Source: Oikopleura dioica (Eukaryota > Animalia > Chordata). From it: DNA of 64,000 bases. Each line of letters opens with the position of its first letter. The first letter of the stretch is position 1. Position numbers and translations under genes: made by a program. The DNA lies in assembly GCA_907165135.1 (NCBI GenBank), contig OU015568.1, positions 7,998,001 through 8,062,000 on the forward strand, written 5' to 3'. Below are positions 1-12,474 of the stretch, piece after piece. The notes under the pieces were generated by a model. That model saw only the letters and a list, made by a program, of their open reading frames with translations. It did not search any database and was not told the DNA's origin.

Positions 1-1
1 A

Positions 2-1962
2 TATGCCTCAGTAGACTCTGCGACGCCGAACCCGACGCCGCTGACTAAGATTCTTACGCCATTGCTGCTTCATTTGGTGCACAAGCAACTCGCCCAAGAC
101 TCCGTCATCGGACAAGACGGAAGCTGCAAAGAAATGCCCACACAGTGGCACACGGACTGGAAAGAACTGAAAGACTCCAATTCGCTGAAAAAGTGGCTAG
201 AATTAGCAGCAAAGAAGGTTAATCCAATTAACACGACGGTCAGAATCAAAGAAGTCGGCAAAGGAAACTCCAACTGGATTCTCTGGATCCCCTACAAAGT
301 GGTCCCCCAATTATGGGTCATTAATTACGGCGAGGACTCTGAGCATCTCAGAGAAAGATCCCTACTCTCAGTGGCAGCCCACCCAGCACTGGTACCACTA
401 GAATCTGAAGCGCTTGAGAAGCTGGCCTCGGAGCCGTGGACGACTCAAAACGTCAAGAAATGCATCGCGGCGTTCCAGAAACCAACCAGAAATTATTACG
501 CCTCCGGAGCCTGCATAGTCGGAATCAACCGACCCTTCCGAACTCAGAAAATCATCCTCGAAATCATCGCCAAAGTCGTCAAAGACTCCAAAGCCCACTC
601 CCATTTACGATCAGTCGAACACAATTTGGGAATCTTAACAACCGGCTGGAATTGGGCAAACGGGAAAAGATTCAGCCCGGACAAAACCCTCGACAGCTTC
701 ATCAGCACTTGGATGCGAAAAAGAGAAGAAGTCACAGGAGTCACGAGACTCAGATTCCTCCATTCACGCCCCGAGAAGCGCGAAAGATCTTGCGAATGGC
801 CAATGTGCGGAGAAGCCGAGGCAGATTCAACTTGGTGCAAAACACACCAAGGATTCCGAGAACTGAAAGAAGCCCGACAGCAAAACTGCTCACCAAATTG
901 CCAAGAAAGAAACGGCTTTGGCCTAATCAAGCCCACCCAAGAACACACCAGAATGGCTATCGACAGCGAAGAATGGCAGCAAACCTTTCTGAAGCTCTCA
1001 GAAACATTCAAGACAACAACGCTGAAAGACGCCGACGAAGAACTCATCGGGAGAATCCAAAACACAGCGGTGGAAGGTTTTGACTCGATTCTTGAGGCCT
1101 GAAATCTACGGCAGTCCTTTTCCAGGGAGAAAACGACACAACGTCGAACATTGCCAAAGGACTCAAAAAACTCGGCGGAGTCATAGAAAGACCAAGATTC
1201 GAAAGACCAGAAGCAGCAGGAATTGTCATCTATCACGCGGGTCTGGAAAGATGCGGAGGCAAATTCGATGCTTTCGTAGTTGGAAACACCACGGCCCCGA
1301 AGAATCTACACCTCCAAGAACTCGCTAAATCCATCGCAAGCGAATCTGGAGACAGCTGGTCGGAAGTGGCGAGACTCATCAAGGAACAGACATTCCAAAA
1401 GGACACTGTTCTGGTCCTCCCAGCCCAAGAAGATGCCAAAGCCCTAGAAAGAGCCCTCAGCACTTGGTCCGCCCCGTACGTCAAATTCGTCACCCAAGGC
1501 CTGATGAAGGATTTTCACCAAAAGCTTCGAGGAGACAAAAACCCAAGATTTTCGGGCCTTTGGGAAGTTTTTCAAATCGCTTGCGATTGCGGCTATGAAT
1601 CCAGATTCACCCCATGCTGGGCACACCCTAGGGTGGCGGAAATGATGGCCAGATGCTGCAACGGCCTCGACTCTAGAAATCGAGCTGTCTCAAAAATAGA
1701 CAAGCTCAGACTCAGGGCTAACAGAACAACCTGGGAAAACGTCACAGACAAGTCCCACGATTTGTCCCAGAATGCTCCATTCACGACTCACTTCAGAGAC
1801 ATCCTCTTAGACGGAATCAAAGCGGCGGAGAATCTAAACATGGACGAGGGAGCAACTGCCGGAGCCGAGAATCTCTTCCCAAACACTTGGACTCAGAACC
1901 TCCAGACCATCGAGGAAAGATTCGCACGAATGAATATGACCAAAACCCGAGAGAATAACTAG
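2..1962 (+). CDS. Element accessory ORF A, unknown (>620 aa, open at window edge), with C-x4-C-x9-C-x2-H motif
   Basis: Frame open from base 2 to 1076. GT-AG intron 1077-1114 (38 nt) joins it in frame to 1115-1962. Motif CEWPMC-GEAEADSTW-CKTH. Confidence 0.7.
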
Positions 1963-2755
1963 GAGAAATAGAAATCTGAATCCGCTTCTAGACTCTATTA
2001 GGAAAAGGCTCGAACGTAGGCCGTAAAAACGGACCGAACTTGAAATCCCCGAGCCTGGAAAAGACTCAAAACTCATCTCAAAATTCTCACACTGCTGTCA
2101 ACTGTTCAAAAACCTTCAAAACAGGAAAAGACTCGCCAAATATGAAGATTCTCAGCCAGAAATGAATCCCATAACACATAATACAGGATAATTAGAATCA
2201 AAAAGAGAGTCTTGTAAAAGAAATTCACTTCTTCCCAAAACGCGCAAAACTTCACAGCGATACCCATCAAAAGAGAATCAGAAAGCTTCAGAATCAGGAA
2301 ACGGACTCAAAATGTTAAAGAAATCCAAGCCAAAAACCAAAAGAATCCAATTTTGAGACCGTGGGAAAGTGAAAATTGACTCACGAGACGCAGCGCGCTG
2401 ATTGGCGGAGCACCTGGAAAGCCAAGGATAATCCAGCACTCATAACAGAGACGGCCAAATTGAATCAAATTTTTCTAAAAAAAAGAGAGAATCACCCTGG
2501 AATCCTTCTAAAGAGAAACATCTTCGACGCAGAAGCTTCAAACGCCCAGGACGCACAAAATTCTAGAGTCAATCTGTGGTTTTTCCGATTCTGAAAAACA
2601 GATTCCTTTTTTATTTTTATTTCTTTCTCTCAAATAAGGGAAAATCTTTTCCTTTCAAAAAAAAAAGAATTTTTCCTTTGCGCTCTCTCAAAAACCCAGC
2701 CAAATCTTAAAATTAAAATATTCGTGGCTAACAAGAATCAAAATTCAGACTCAAA

Positions 2756-3697
2756 ATGACTAAAGACGCAATAAACGCCCAGAATCCCGATGCCAAAGAG
2801 CTCGAAAGACTCAGAGAAGAAGCTGGAATCATCAGAGACCCGATCGACCAGCCAGACTTCTGGAGAGAGAGGAAATCGGCGATCAAGAAAGACCCAGTGA
2901 CTCAATACCCTCAGGAATCAAAAGGACGAATGCTCATCCGACTCCGTCTCAGAATTGGCGACAGATTCAAAGACCTGCTTGAGCAGATGGTCCAAGGAAT
3001 GGGTCTTATTAAATATAAAAAGTAAAAACTCTTCAAAACAAAAAGAATCAAATAGAAAAACCTAGCCATAACGACCCACACATAAGATTTCACGAATCCC
3101 AACGTCCAAATGTCGCTCGACAGCTGGCAAGGCTCAATCAACACGGTCTCCCGAGTCCTCTCCGAGCTTGTGCGCGAAGAAAATGCGAAAATCGCCGAAG
3201 ACGACCGAGCCCAGTCAAACCAGAGCCTGTTCTATGGATGCCTCAACGCAGCGAAAGCTGCCATCGATGTCCATCCGCTCCTCAACATCGTCTACATCGA
3301 TGAGTCCCTCGAGATTCCAGAAGCAAGACTCCCAGCATATCAAGAACGAGTCTCAGCTCTCAAGGAAAAGGGTCAAAATCGAGAATCTTACATTCAAAAA
3401 AAAAATAGAAAAAACCCTTCCAAAAGTCAAGAGCGGACTTTCTGTTCCGAGAAGATCGACTCCCCAAGGAGGAACTTCGCGATTGGAAGAGGACTCGACG
3501 AAGCGAATACGTCAAAGATGGAGTCCCCAAAGACATCGCAGCCACGCTGGCAAGACGCGACTCAAGAACCATCGGCTGGACTTCTCGTCGAGACGGAACT
3601 ACACAGACTCACCCGGTCGAAGCTCAACGAGCCAAATGCCAGGAAACTCAAACCTATCAAGGAACGGGCTGAAAAGAATCTCAAATTGAGTCCTTAG
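2756..3697 (+). CDS. Element accessory ORF B, unknown, spliced
   Basis: ATG 2756 follows cAG|actc. GT-AG intron 3003-3086 joins it in frame to ORF 3110. A likely further A-rich intron at ~3372-3426; final reading frame uncertain. Confidence 0.55.
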
Positions 3698-3925
3698 TAA
3701 TTTTAGATATTCAAAACTAAAAACTCTCAAAAAAAAGAACGCCATAAAACTAAACCACGCAAGCTAGCGTGGGAAAATCTCTGAGCCAAGAAAACTGACT
3801 CACACTAACTAATTCAAAAGATAGAATCAGTCCTGATCTCAAAAATCCAGGATAAATAAGGGCTAAAAGAAAACCTTAATTTTAGACACCTTTTCAGTCT
3901 CAATTCAGAATCAACAGATTCCTCG

Positions 3926-5417
3926 ATGCAGACAGAGACTCAAACCTCAACCAACTCGACTCAAACTCAACTGCCACTGCCATCAGACGACTCGAACAAC
4001 AACGAGCGAGCAAGCATTGACTCCGGCCCAGACTTCTTTGAAGACTCATACAACGCACGCTCAGGAAAGAGTCTTAGAGAAATCTAAAAAAAAAAAAGGA
4101 ATCTAATTAGTAACGGGACAAATCAAGACTCCACTAAAAGACCCATCCCAGCTGATGCCTTCGGCGAGCCACGGCCATCCAGCGGACTCCCCTGAAGACG
4201 GCTTTTCCTCAGACGAAGAAGTCCTGGAAGACTCAGAAGACGAAGGAGCCGAAGCCACCGCGGGATTCCCAGAGCCACAAAGCCAGGACAACCATCAAGA
4301 CTGGAGCCGAAGAACGGATACACTCTTCGAGTCAGCGGAGGAAGAAAAAGCAGCGGAAGAAAGACGACTCAGAATCGCCGCACGATGGAAAGAGCCGCTG
4401 GAAAACATAGAAGAAGAATCCGAATCCAACGCGTCGGCCAGAATGCACCAAAAAGAAGAGGCGGAAGAACAAAGGCGACTCCAAAAAGAAGAAGTCGACA
4501 GGCTCAAGAAGCTCAAGGAAGATCAGGAAGACAGAGAAAGAGTCAAAGAAGCCATCAGAGCCCGCATGAGACGCCAAGTGGAGGAGAACACGAGAATCCG
4601 CCGTGAATACTTCGAGGAAATCCAGCGGAAAAAGGAAGAACAAGAAGCTCAAGAAAGACGCCTGGCTCGAGACAGAGAAGCGGAAGAAAAGCGCCAAGCA
4701 GCCATCAAAGCGGAAGAAGATAAGGTGCTCACGAAGCCACAGGTGGGAATCTTGCTCGTCGCGGAAACCGGCAGAAGAGGAAACCATTACTACCTGTCGA
4801 AGAAAGAATCAAAGCTGATGAGCAGAATCTCAGGAATGGTTACACAGAAATCTAACTAATTAAAATCACAAACATAAGTAAAAAAGAAATCACTGTGTAA
4901 CCAAAAACGAGTCCGAGCGATGCTTGACAACCGCCGAATCGAAAACTTCGAAGAAATCAGACAAGCCTGGTTCAGCAGCGAGGGACTCCTCAAATACAAA
5001 GACTCCCAGAGCCCCGGCCATCGCCAGTTCAAGTACAACACCAGAGCCGGCTGGACCATCAAAGAAGGAACCGAAAACTGGAGATTGGACCCAGTTGCAG
5101 CACTCACCGCCGAGGAACGACGAATCGTCCATTACCTGGTGGAGTTCCTCAACTACCAGGGAATCAAGCGAAGATTCAAGGAAGCACTGGGTAAGTCAAC
5201 TCCCGTTAAAAAAAAAGAGAATCTAACTTATGATTTAGACCACGGACTCCTCGACCCCGCCAAGATGGACGCGATCCTCGTCTTCGCCTACAAAGTCTGC
5301 GGTGGTAACCTGGTCCACTACATCCGTTTCGTCTTCGTCCGCCTCTACAGACTCAACGACATCCCCATCCCTCCAGTCCACCAAGACGCCACACCAAAGC
5401 CACGACGCTTCCACTAG
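3926..5417 (+). CDS. Element accessory ORF C: acidic N-terminus, long E/R/K coiled coil, globular C-terminus
   Basis: ATG 3926. GT-AG introns 4071-4110, 4839-4886 and 5191-5238 join ORFs 4155-4859 and 4920-5417 in frame. Confidence 0.7.
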
Positions 5418-5811
5418 AAGAAGCCAAATCCAGACTCTTAGACTCAAACTGCCTTTTTATGCCTCAAATCACTGAAACAGAATCTTACCCTTTCTTCATT
5501 TTTCCAAATTTACAGAAAAGCTGTTCATAATAAATAATTTCGATCTCATCAGAAGATCCTCGCCTCTTCCTTTAGAAAGCATTAAAAAAAAAAATAAGAA
5601 ACTCTTTAAAACCAAAGCTGGAAAAGAAAATCAAAAACCAAGAAACACCAAAAATAGAATCAAAGTTCAGAATGGAGAGTCAAAGTTCAGATTCGGATTT
5701 GGAAGGCTTTAAACTCCCATCAGAATCAGGCTCGGGCCCGTAAGAAAATAAAAGAGTCACTCAAAATAAGAATAAACTTCTCAAAACATAAAAAAAAAAG
5801 ACTCTAAATAG

Positions 5812-7140
5812 AAGCCCCAAAAAACAGAGGATTCCGATGCAGAAGCCCCCACAACAGATCACCCAAAAAGCCCAATAGCGGCTAAACAAGCCACGCCGGA
5901 AACTCCCCCTCAAACGCGAAACTCTAGCGTGAATCTGGAGAGGCTCAAAGGCCTTGTTTGGGATATCCAAAATAGCCTTAATACGAATGCGTCAATCCCG
6001 CCAAAAAGAATCTTATGCTATGGAGAAACGCTAGAAGATCGAATTAAAAACCTAGCAACGGAAGCCGCGAGAATCATCTCCGAATCTCAAGAATCCTCGA
6101 AAATCATGAAAGCGATCCTTCAAGAGGCTGAGCATGAAGGCCTCCAGGGAATCCAACTAATAGATGCCTTCCAAACAATCGCCACAATCGCACATAGCCC
6201 ATCCATCGGAATCAACCGTAGACTCGCATCCACAAATAAGGTGGAGCTCGAAATGATTCAAGGCAAACTAGAACACTCGGTTAGACCAGTAGTCGAGAGA
6301 CTCATGAAACAGGTGCACGAATCAAACGTCTATAACTCAGCGGAAATAGTTTTTTGGGCAAAAATGATGGAACCATTGGAAAGAGACTCTGTCTCAAAAG
6401 CTGACCTTCTGAAGCTGGAAGAAGCAGTTTCCTGGATATTGGGCAGACTCTGGAATGACTCAGCAGAAGCCATCTTCAGAATGATTCTGGCGCGCTGCAA
6501 ACCTCCAGAAAACCTCAATTCACGTGCCTCTCCGCGAATGACGCTCATCGCCCACATTTGGAACATTAGGTTCAAAAATATACTAAACCTGAGCCCGGAA
6601 AAGCGTCGGGCATCCTTCGCGAACGAGAGGCAACTCTGCTCCTCCATCACCAACGCGATATTCGGGGAGATTCTTTTTCAACTTACTAACACCAGATGCA
6701 TCTTTCCGAGACTCTTATCAAGTGCAGCAAGATCAGCCTGGACTCACCTAAACACAATCTTCGGAGTCTCAAATCCAATTAGCATGACGCTCAGAGAGTT
6801 TTTAACAAACATCGACGCAAATCAAGATTTCACCGCCTGGGATGCTATCAGGACGCTTCGGGCAATCTGGCCACCAAGAGATCGCATCGCAGCCGCAGAA
6901 TACAGAGTCCTTAATCTCAACGACATCGACAACCGACTTGAAAGAGGACTCGAAGACCCATCCTCGCTTCTCGGCACTACATACGAGAAACTCTTCTGGA
7001 AGATTCCGATCCCAAGAAGCTATGAATCCGCCCGCGCAGCCGCAGGATTCAAAAGAAAGAGAACAAGCCAAGAAGCCGAAGAGCTGGAAGTCCATCGAGG
7101 TGGAAATGCGAGCACTAGCGGACAAGGGAGTCTTCAATAG
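5812..7140 (+). CDS. Element ORF D, helical protein in gag position, overlapping the start of pol
   Basis: Open frame 5812-7140 (track ORF 5929-7140), overlapping the RT frame from 7022. A possible first exon from ATG 5672 was not resolved. Confidence 0.65.
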   Translation, partial: KPQKTEDSDAEAPTTDHPKSPIAAKQATPETPPQTRNSSVNLERLKGLVWDIQNSLNTNASIPPKRILCYGETLEDRIKNLATEAARIISESQESSKIMKAILQEAEHEGLQGIQLIDAFQTIATIAHSPSIGINRRLASTNKVELEMIQGKLEHSVRPVVERLMKQVHESNVYNSAEIVFWAKMMEPLERDSVSKADLLKLEEAVSWILGRLWNDSAEAIFRMILARCKPPENLNSRASPRMTLIAHIWNIRFKNILNLSPEKRRASFANERQLCSSITNAIFGEILFQLTNTRCIFPRLLSSAARSAWTHLNTIFGVSNPISMTLREFLTNIDANQDFTAWDAIRTLRAIWPPRDRIAAAEYRVLNLNDIDNRLERGLEDPSSLLGTTYEKLFWKIPIPRSYESARAAAGFKRKRTSQEAEELEVHRGGNASTSGQGSLQ

Positions 7141-9524
7141 ACCAAAATTCCCAATCATAAACCCTGTCAACATTTATAACGAACCCATCACAGGCCCAAA
7201 ATCACTACCCGAATGGAAAATCTATGAGACAGACCTTCTTCACAGAGTCATAAGAGTTCTAAACAACGAGGCCAAACCCGACTGGGAAACCCTTGCGCTG
7301 AGAAAAGAATCTGACTTCATCGCGGGCCAATGGACTCATAACAAAGATAACTGGAGAGTCCTCATCCATCAGATGCCTGAAAAAGTGAAGCCGCTGATCT
7401 ACCATTTCGTCCATGGAGGAGCAGACCTGTTCTTGAATCTCAAAAGAATACCCCCCAAGAAACCTGCCGAATTCAAGCGGAAGGAGTTAGTGACAATATG
7501 GAAGCGAAATTCGGCCAACTCAGACACTTTGAGAAAACTAGGCGGAAATTTCAAAACCTGGTACAACCACAGACTCAGACTCTCAAAATTCGTCCCCCGG
7601 CCATATGAGAAGATCGGCAAACGCTACAAATCCCTCACGATTCCGAGCCAAGAAGCTGTAAGAGAAAGAAGCGACGAAATTGTCCAACAAATCACCGACT
7701 GGTGCGAAATGGGCTCGGTAACAAGAGTCACAGATTCAAAAGGATGCTGGATCCGAGCGGGATTCGTTCTCGTCGACAAACCAGGAAGAGAAACCAGAGT
7801 CTGTTGGAACGGTGGAGTCCTCAAGCCTCTGCAGCTGTACACATTTCCATGCAAATTAGAAAGCGTCGGTGCTGCAATCCAAATGCTCAAAAAGGGAGAC
7901 CTGCTGTACAAATTCGACGATAAAAAGGGTATCTAACTTAACAGCAAAAAAAAAGGAACCTAACTTAAAATCTAGGATTCCACCAGCTGCCTCTCAGCGA
8001 AGAGAGCAAGAAACTCGCTTGCTTCGATTGGGGCGGCCAGTACTTCAGAAACAATATACTCGCATTCGGAATCCCAGCCGCGCCTGGAATCTACCAGCTG
8101 ATGAATCTATGTGGAGTCAATTTTCTGAGGAAAAACGGAATCAAAATAACACTCTACCTCGATGATAGACTCCTAGCCGTCACTCCAGAATCTGAAGAAG
8201 ATCGACGCCAGCTTCTAGCGGGAGAGAAAGTCGGCAAAGAAGTCTGGGCAACAGTAGCGACGCTGGTGGCACTCGGCGGCTATGTGAACATCACCAAAAG
8301 CACCTTCAAACCCACCCAAAGAATCGAATTCCTTGGATTCATTTTGGACACGGAAAGCGAAACAGTGGAGATTCCGATGCAAAGATGGGCAGCCCTCAAA
8401 AACCTTATGAAAGAAGCCGAAGCGAAAACTGAAGTTCCGTCCCAGATGCTCGAAAGAATCAGAGGCACAATGGCAAGTATGGCCGAAGTCCTTCCGAACA
8501 TGAGAATGCTCATCCGCCAAACGACAATCCTCATCAGCCAAGCGCTCAGGGAAGAAAAAGAATCCTGCTTGCTGACAAAGGAAGTCCGCGAGGAATGGAG
8601 ACTCTGGACTCTTCTGAAAGAAAAAGGACTCAAAAGACATTGGACAAAGCTGAACCGCCAAGAAACAGGACTCATAATCTACACAGATGCTTCTTCACAC
8701 GCAGGAGCCATCGTCATCGAGCAATGGAAGCTGGAGGAGAGATTTGCTTGGGAAGCAGAAATGGCTGATAAACACATAGGAATCAAAGAAGCCCTTGCGA
8801 TTCAATTCACCCTCGAGTGGTACGGCCAAAAACTAAAGAACCAAAGGGCGCTGTTCCTCTGCGACAACGACAGTGTAGTCCAAGGAGCCATAGCGGGGAG
8901 CAAAGATCCCGAAATGAACACGATTCTAGTCAGAATCTGGACTCTCGCTCAGAGATTCAACATAGATATGAAAGTCGACTGGGTCAGCACAAAAGCAACT
9001 GGCTGACGCTCCCTCCAGGGATTTGGACTCCAGAGAACAAAAACTAACGGCAAATGGATTCGCTTATCTGCAATCTCACCTTTCGGACCCGCTCGACATT
9101 GACGTGGCAGCAACGGTAAGATTCGAAGAGAGTCGCCTTCCAAATCCAAAATTCCTTTTAGCCACTCAACAATAAATGCAGAGACTTCATCGCGCGCCGA
9201 GAGACAAAAGGAGCCTTTGGAAGAGACTTCCTAAGCTTCCCAATCCATGAACTAATCGGAAGAAAGCTGTACGCGTTCCCACCTCCGAAAATCGCCCACA
9301 AATACTACAATAGACTCACCGAAATAGCGACGCCATGGGCTTTAGTGGTGCCGTGTTTCGAAGCCGAGCCTTTAGTCGTAACTCAAGCTAAACTCAAAGG
9401 CTACAGAGTCTTTGACATCCCAGCGGATTCCATTTTAACACCAGCGAAGGTGAAAACCATCGAAGGCTACTGGAAAGTGGCGACCAACGTCTCAACAATC
9501 AAAATTATCGCAAATAGACTCTAA
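7022..9524 (+). CDS. pol: reverse transcriptase - RNase H - DIRS-type methyltransferase-like domain
   Basis: Exons 7022-7928, 7976-9115, 9162-9524. Intron 7929-7975 restores KFDDKKGFHQLPL; YLDD motif; RNase H acidic residues. A frameshift at ~9000 precedes LADAPSR. Intron 9116-9161 restores DIDVAATPLNNKCRDF...YAFPP. Confidence 0.9.
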
Positions 9525-9643
9525 TCAAGACTCTTTATACTGTTTTTCTCCTCTCTCTCTCAGATTCCCCATTCGGCCAAATCACACAAAGAAACAGAAA
9601 TTTTGACTCTCAAATTCCATTTTAGACTCGGAATCACTGAAAA

Positions 9644-10933
9644 ATGACGGAGCAGTCCAAAGCCCTCTCCAAGCTTCTCTCGGATCACACGAAGCTCACG
9701 GAACAAGAAGCGAAGACGCGGGCGGTCAGAGTCCAGATCACCAAGGCAGCATTCTACGAGCACACAAAGACTCAAGCCCAGACGGAAGAAGCCGATCGAC
9801 TGGTCGTCGAAATCGAAGATATCAGGAAAGATATGGCGACTCACGACAAACTCACCGATAGCCTTATCGTAAGTAAAACCCAAAAGAAAACTATTTCCTA
9901 TCATAGAAGGAAATCGCGGAACTCGAAGCAAACCGCGACAAGAGTCTCGAGATCAAAATGCGTGAACCCAACGCCAAAAAACGCTCGGAGGAGGAGAATA
10001 AATTCTACGACCGTTGGAATCCGTCGGAAATAGAATCAAAACTCCGCCGCCTGATCGCGGACAAAATGGAGCGCTACAGCCTCAAAGGAGCCATGTTCGC
10101 TCAAATTAAGACGAGAGAGACAAAAATCACTGAACTCTCTCAAAATACGGCCGAATCCGCAGCTGTATTCAAGGAAAAAGACCCTCTTACAGGCGTCGAA
10201 TCCTACTACATGGTAAGTTAAAAAAAAAAACACCAAGGAATCATCCTGGCCCTCCAACCCTTTCTTAGACTCAAGTCGGCTCCACAAACTTGCCGCAAGA
10301 CGAAGGAGACTCTCTCCGCGACATGGGCAAGGAATTTCGGGCTTTCGTCACAGACGCCAAGACTCAACGGACCTTTAGACGGGAAAAACTCCTGAAGTTG
10401 CTCGGTAACTACAAAAGAGCCATGACTCCCGAGTACACCGAACGAGCCATCATCGAAAGCGTCGTCGACGAACTGATCCGGATGCCGGATATGACTCGAA
10501 AAGATGCACTGCTCTCTCTTACGGTACGCGTTTGACTCTAAAAAGGAAAACTCACGCACCAATTAAGCCTCTTATGCGTCCGAATGTGCGCCACCAATTC
10601 GACAGAGCCATGACGATGAACACGACTCACCCAACCTTCAAGAAAATGATCATCAACCCCTGCGACGGTTCAGAGGACTGGCGATCTGAGCGAGACTCTA
10701 AACCGGGCCGAGGACGTCGAGGAGGACACGGAAGCGGAAGCCAAAGCAAGAAGCAAAAGACGGACCACCAGAGCGAAAACGCGAATCCCACCCCGGAAGG
10801 CAGCGGAAGCTCCGGAGGTCGTGGCCGAGGCCGCGGGCGAGGCCGAGGCCGAGGCCGCGGGCGAGGCCGTGGCGGAGGAAACAATCAAGGAGGAGACGCC
10901 AAAAAATTCCAAGACCAAGGCGGAGTCGAATAA
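9644..10933 (+). CDS. Element ORF E: coiled-coil protein with C-terminal RG-repeat tail (nucleocapsid/Gag-like), 383 aa
   Basis: Three phase-0 GT-AG introns (9869-9906, 10213-10268, 10524-10567) join four track ORFs in frame. Ends with a GR-repeat tract. Confidence 0.8.
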
Positions 10934-11146
10934 GAATCAAAAAAAAATAATCTAGAACCATCTTCGAAAATACTTCACTCCACGACGGGGATTAGCCCCT
11001 TATAGTGCGCGTTTCTTCATTTAGATTCTGTCTCAAAATACTAAAAAAAAAAACCCCAGCCGCAATCCGGCCAAGAGCCCCTTTTTTAATAAAAAAAAAA
11101 ACTAGGTTTTCCGAATTCAAACCATAAAAAATCACCGTTTAGACTC

Positions 11147-12330
11147 ATGACCTGGCTCGACTTTAAGAATCTTCTAGAGCACTGGGAGGTGGCAGAAGCA
11201 ATGGCCACTTTCAACTACAATGAGGCGGAAATCGACGACGTGATCCAACACTTCCTCGACAGACTCCTCACAAGACCAACGCTCAAGGCTTATGCGTACG
11301 AAAAAGGAATCACAACGATTCAAGATGTAGTCGCATCCCAGATGAAGAAGACTCTCACAGCAAAACAAAAAAGGAAGATCAAGACCTGGTGCGAACACAG
11401 AGCCCGTGAATCAGCAGCAGAAACCCTCCAATACCCCAAGGTAAACTCGCCTTTCGCATCGTAGTTTAAAACCTTCTAGCAAGCGGAAGTTGTGGACGAA
11501 CCAGAGGCAATCCGGCTGTGGGAGGAGCTCATGAGGACAAACAAGCCAAAGCCAAGAGAAGCAGCCATCGCCTTTTTCATCTGCTTCACCACGGGCGCTA
11601 GAATGAAGGAGGCACTCAACCTCAGAATCGAAGACCGCGAGATCGTCAAGGAAGAGGGGAAAGAGTTCTGGCGATTCCACATTCGAAGCAGCAAGACGGA
11701 CCCATTTTGCAAGCGCATGGAGACTCTAACCATCCCCATGGAGATGAAACACGGCGTCCCGCTGGCGCTGGAACTCAGAGCGCAGTTAAGAGACCGAGAT
11801 TCAGGTAAAAATGCTAGCGAAGCTTCTAAGAAATTATCTGACCATCTCCTTAAGGACTCGTCTTCAAGAATCTAGAAGGTCACACCAGAATCGCCTCGGA
11901 CTACCTGGCCCGCTACGGAGCAAAAGCGGAACTCCCGAAAAAAGTACAAAGACTTTAGAATCCACACACTTAAAAGACTCCTGTTCAGGTCTCCGCGCAT
12001 TCGGGCAGAGTCAGCTTCTACATCGAGGGACGCCGCTCAGGCCTTTCTCAGCAAACCCTCGCGCACACGCTCCGATGGGCTCCAGGAAGCTCAATGCCAG
12101 ATTACTACGAAAGATGCTGGCTCGAATGCAGTAACTTGGGAGCGCCCGTCAGCGTCGCGAAATCAAGAGCCAGAAAGCGAAACGGAAGCAACAACGAGGA
12201 TAACCATCTTCAGGTAAGAGTGGCAAAACAATTAGGGTTCAATCATAAAGGTTTCAGACACCACAAGAACCACAAGAAGCCAAGCAAGAGCAAAAGAAGC
12301 CGAAAACATCTGAGTCCTGAAAGAGCATAA
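11147..12330 (+). CDS. Tyrosine recombinase
   Basis: GT-AG introns 11441-11479, 11805-11854 and 11944-11988 restore one frame with FTTGARMKE, SSKTD, HSGR, LRW and MPDYY (R-K-HxxR-W-Y). A possible fourth intron at 12214-12250. Confidence 0.9.
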
Positions 12331-12429
12331 AAGATTCCTGCATCACAAAGAAAAGATTCTCCCTTTTTCCTGCCAAAAAATAAGAATCCTTTAGCAATCG
12401 ATTGATGAGAATAACGAGAATGGTAGGGA

Positions 12430-12474
12430 GGGAATATTCCCATTACCATTGTTATTTATGCGTGATTATAATAC
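12430..12474 (+). repeat. 45-bp direct repeat copy 1 (B1 of split direct repeats)
   Basis: gggaatattcccattaccattgttatttatgcgtgattataatac, identical at 12865-12909. Confidence 0.95.

Noticed and set aside
8990-9010. Frameshift between RNase H and MT domains as a programmed event
   Set aside because: It falls inside the conserved terminal RNase H motif (..LAD.xSR) and has no obvious slippery heptamer. More likely a mutation or assembly indel.
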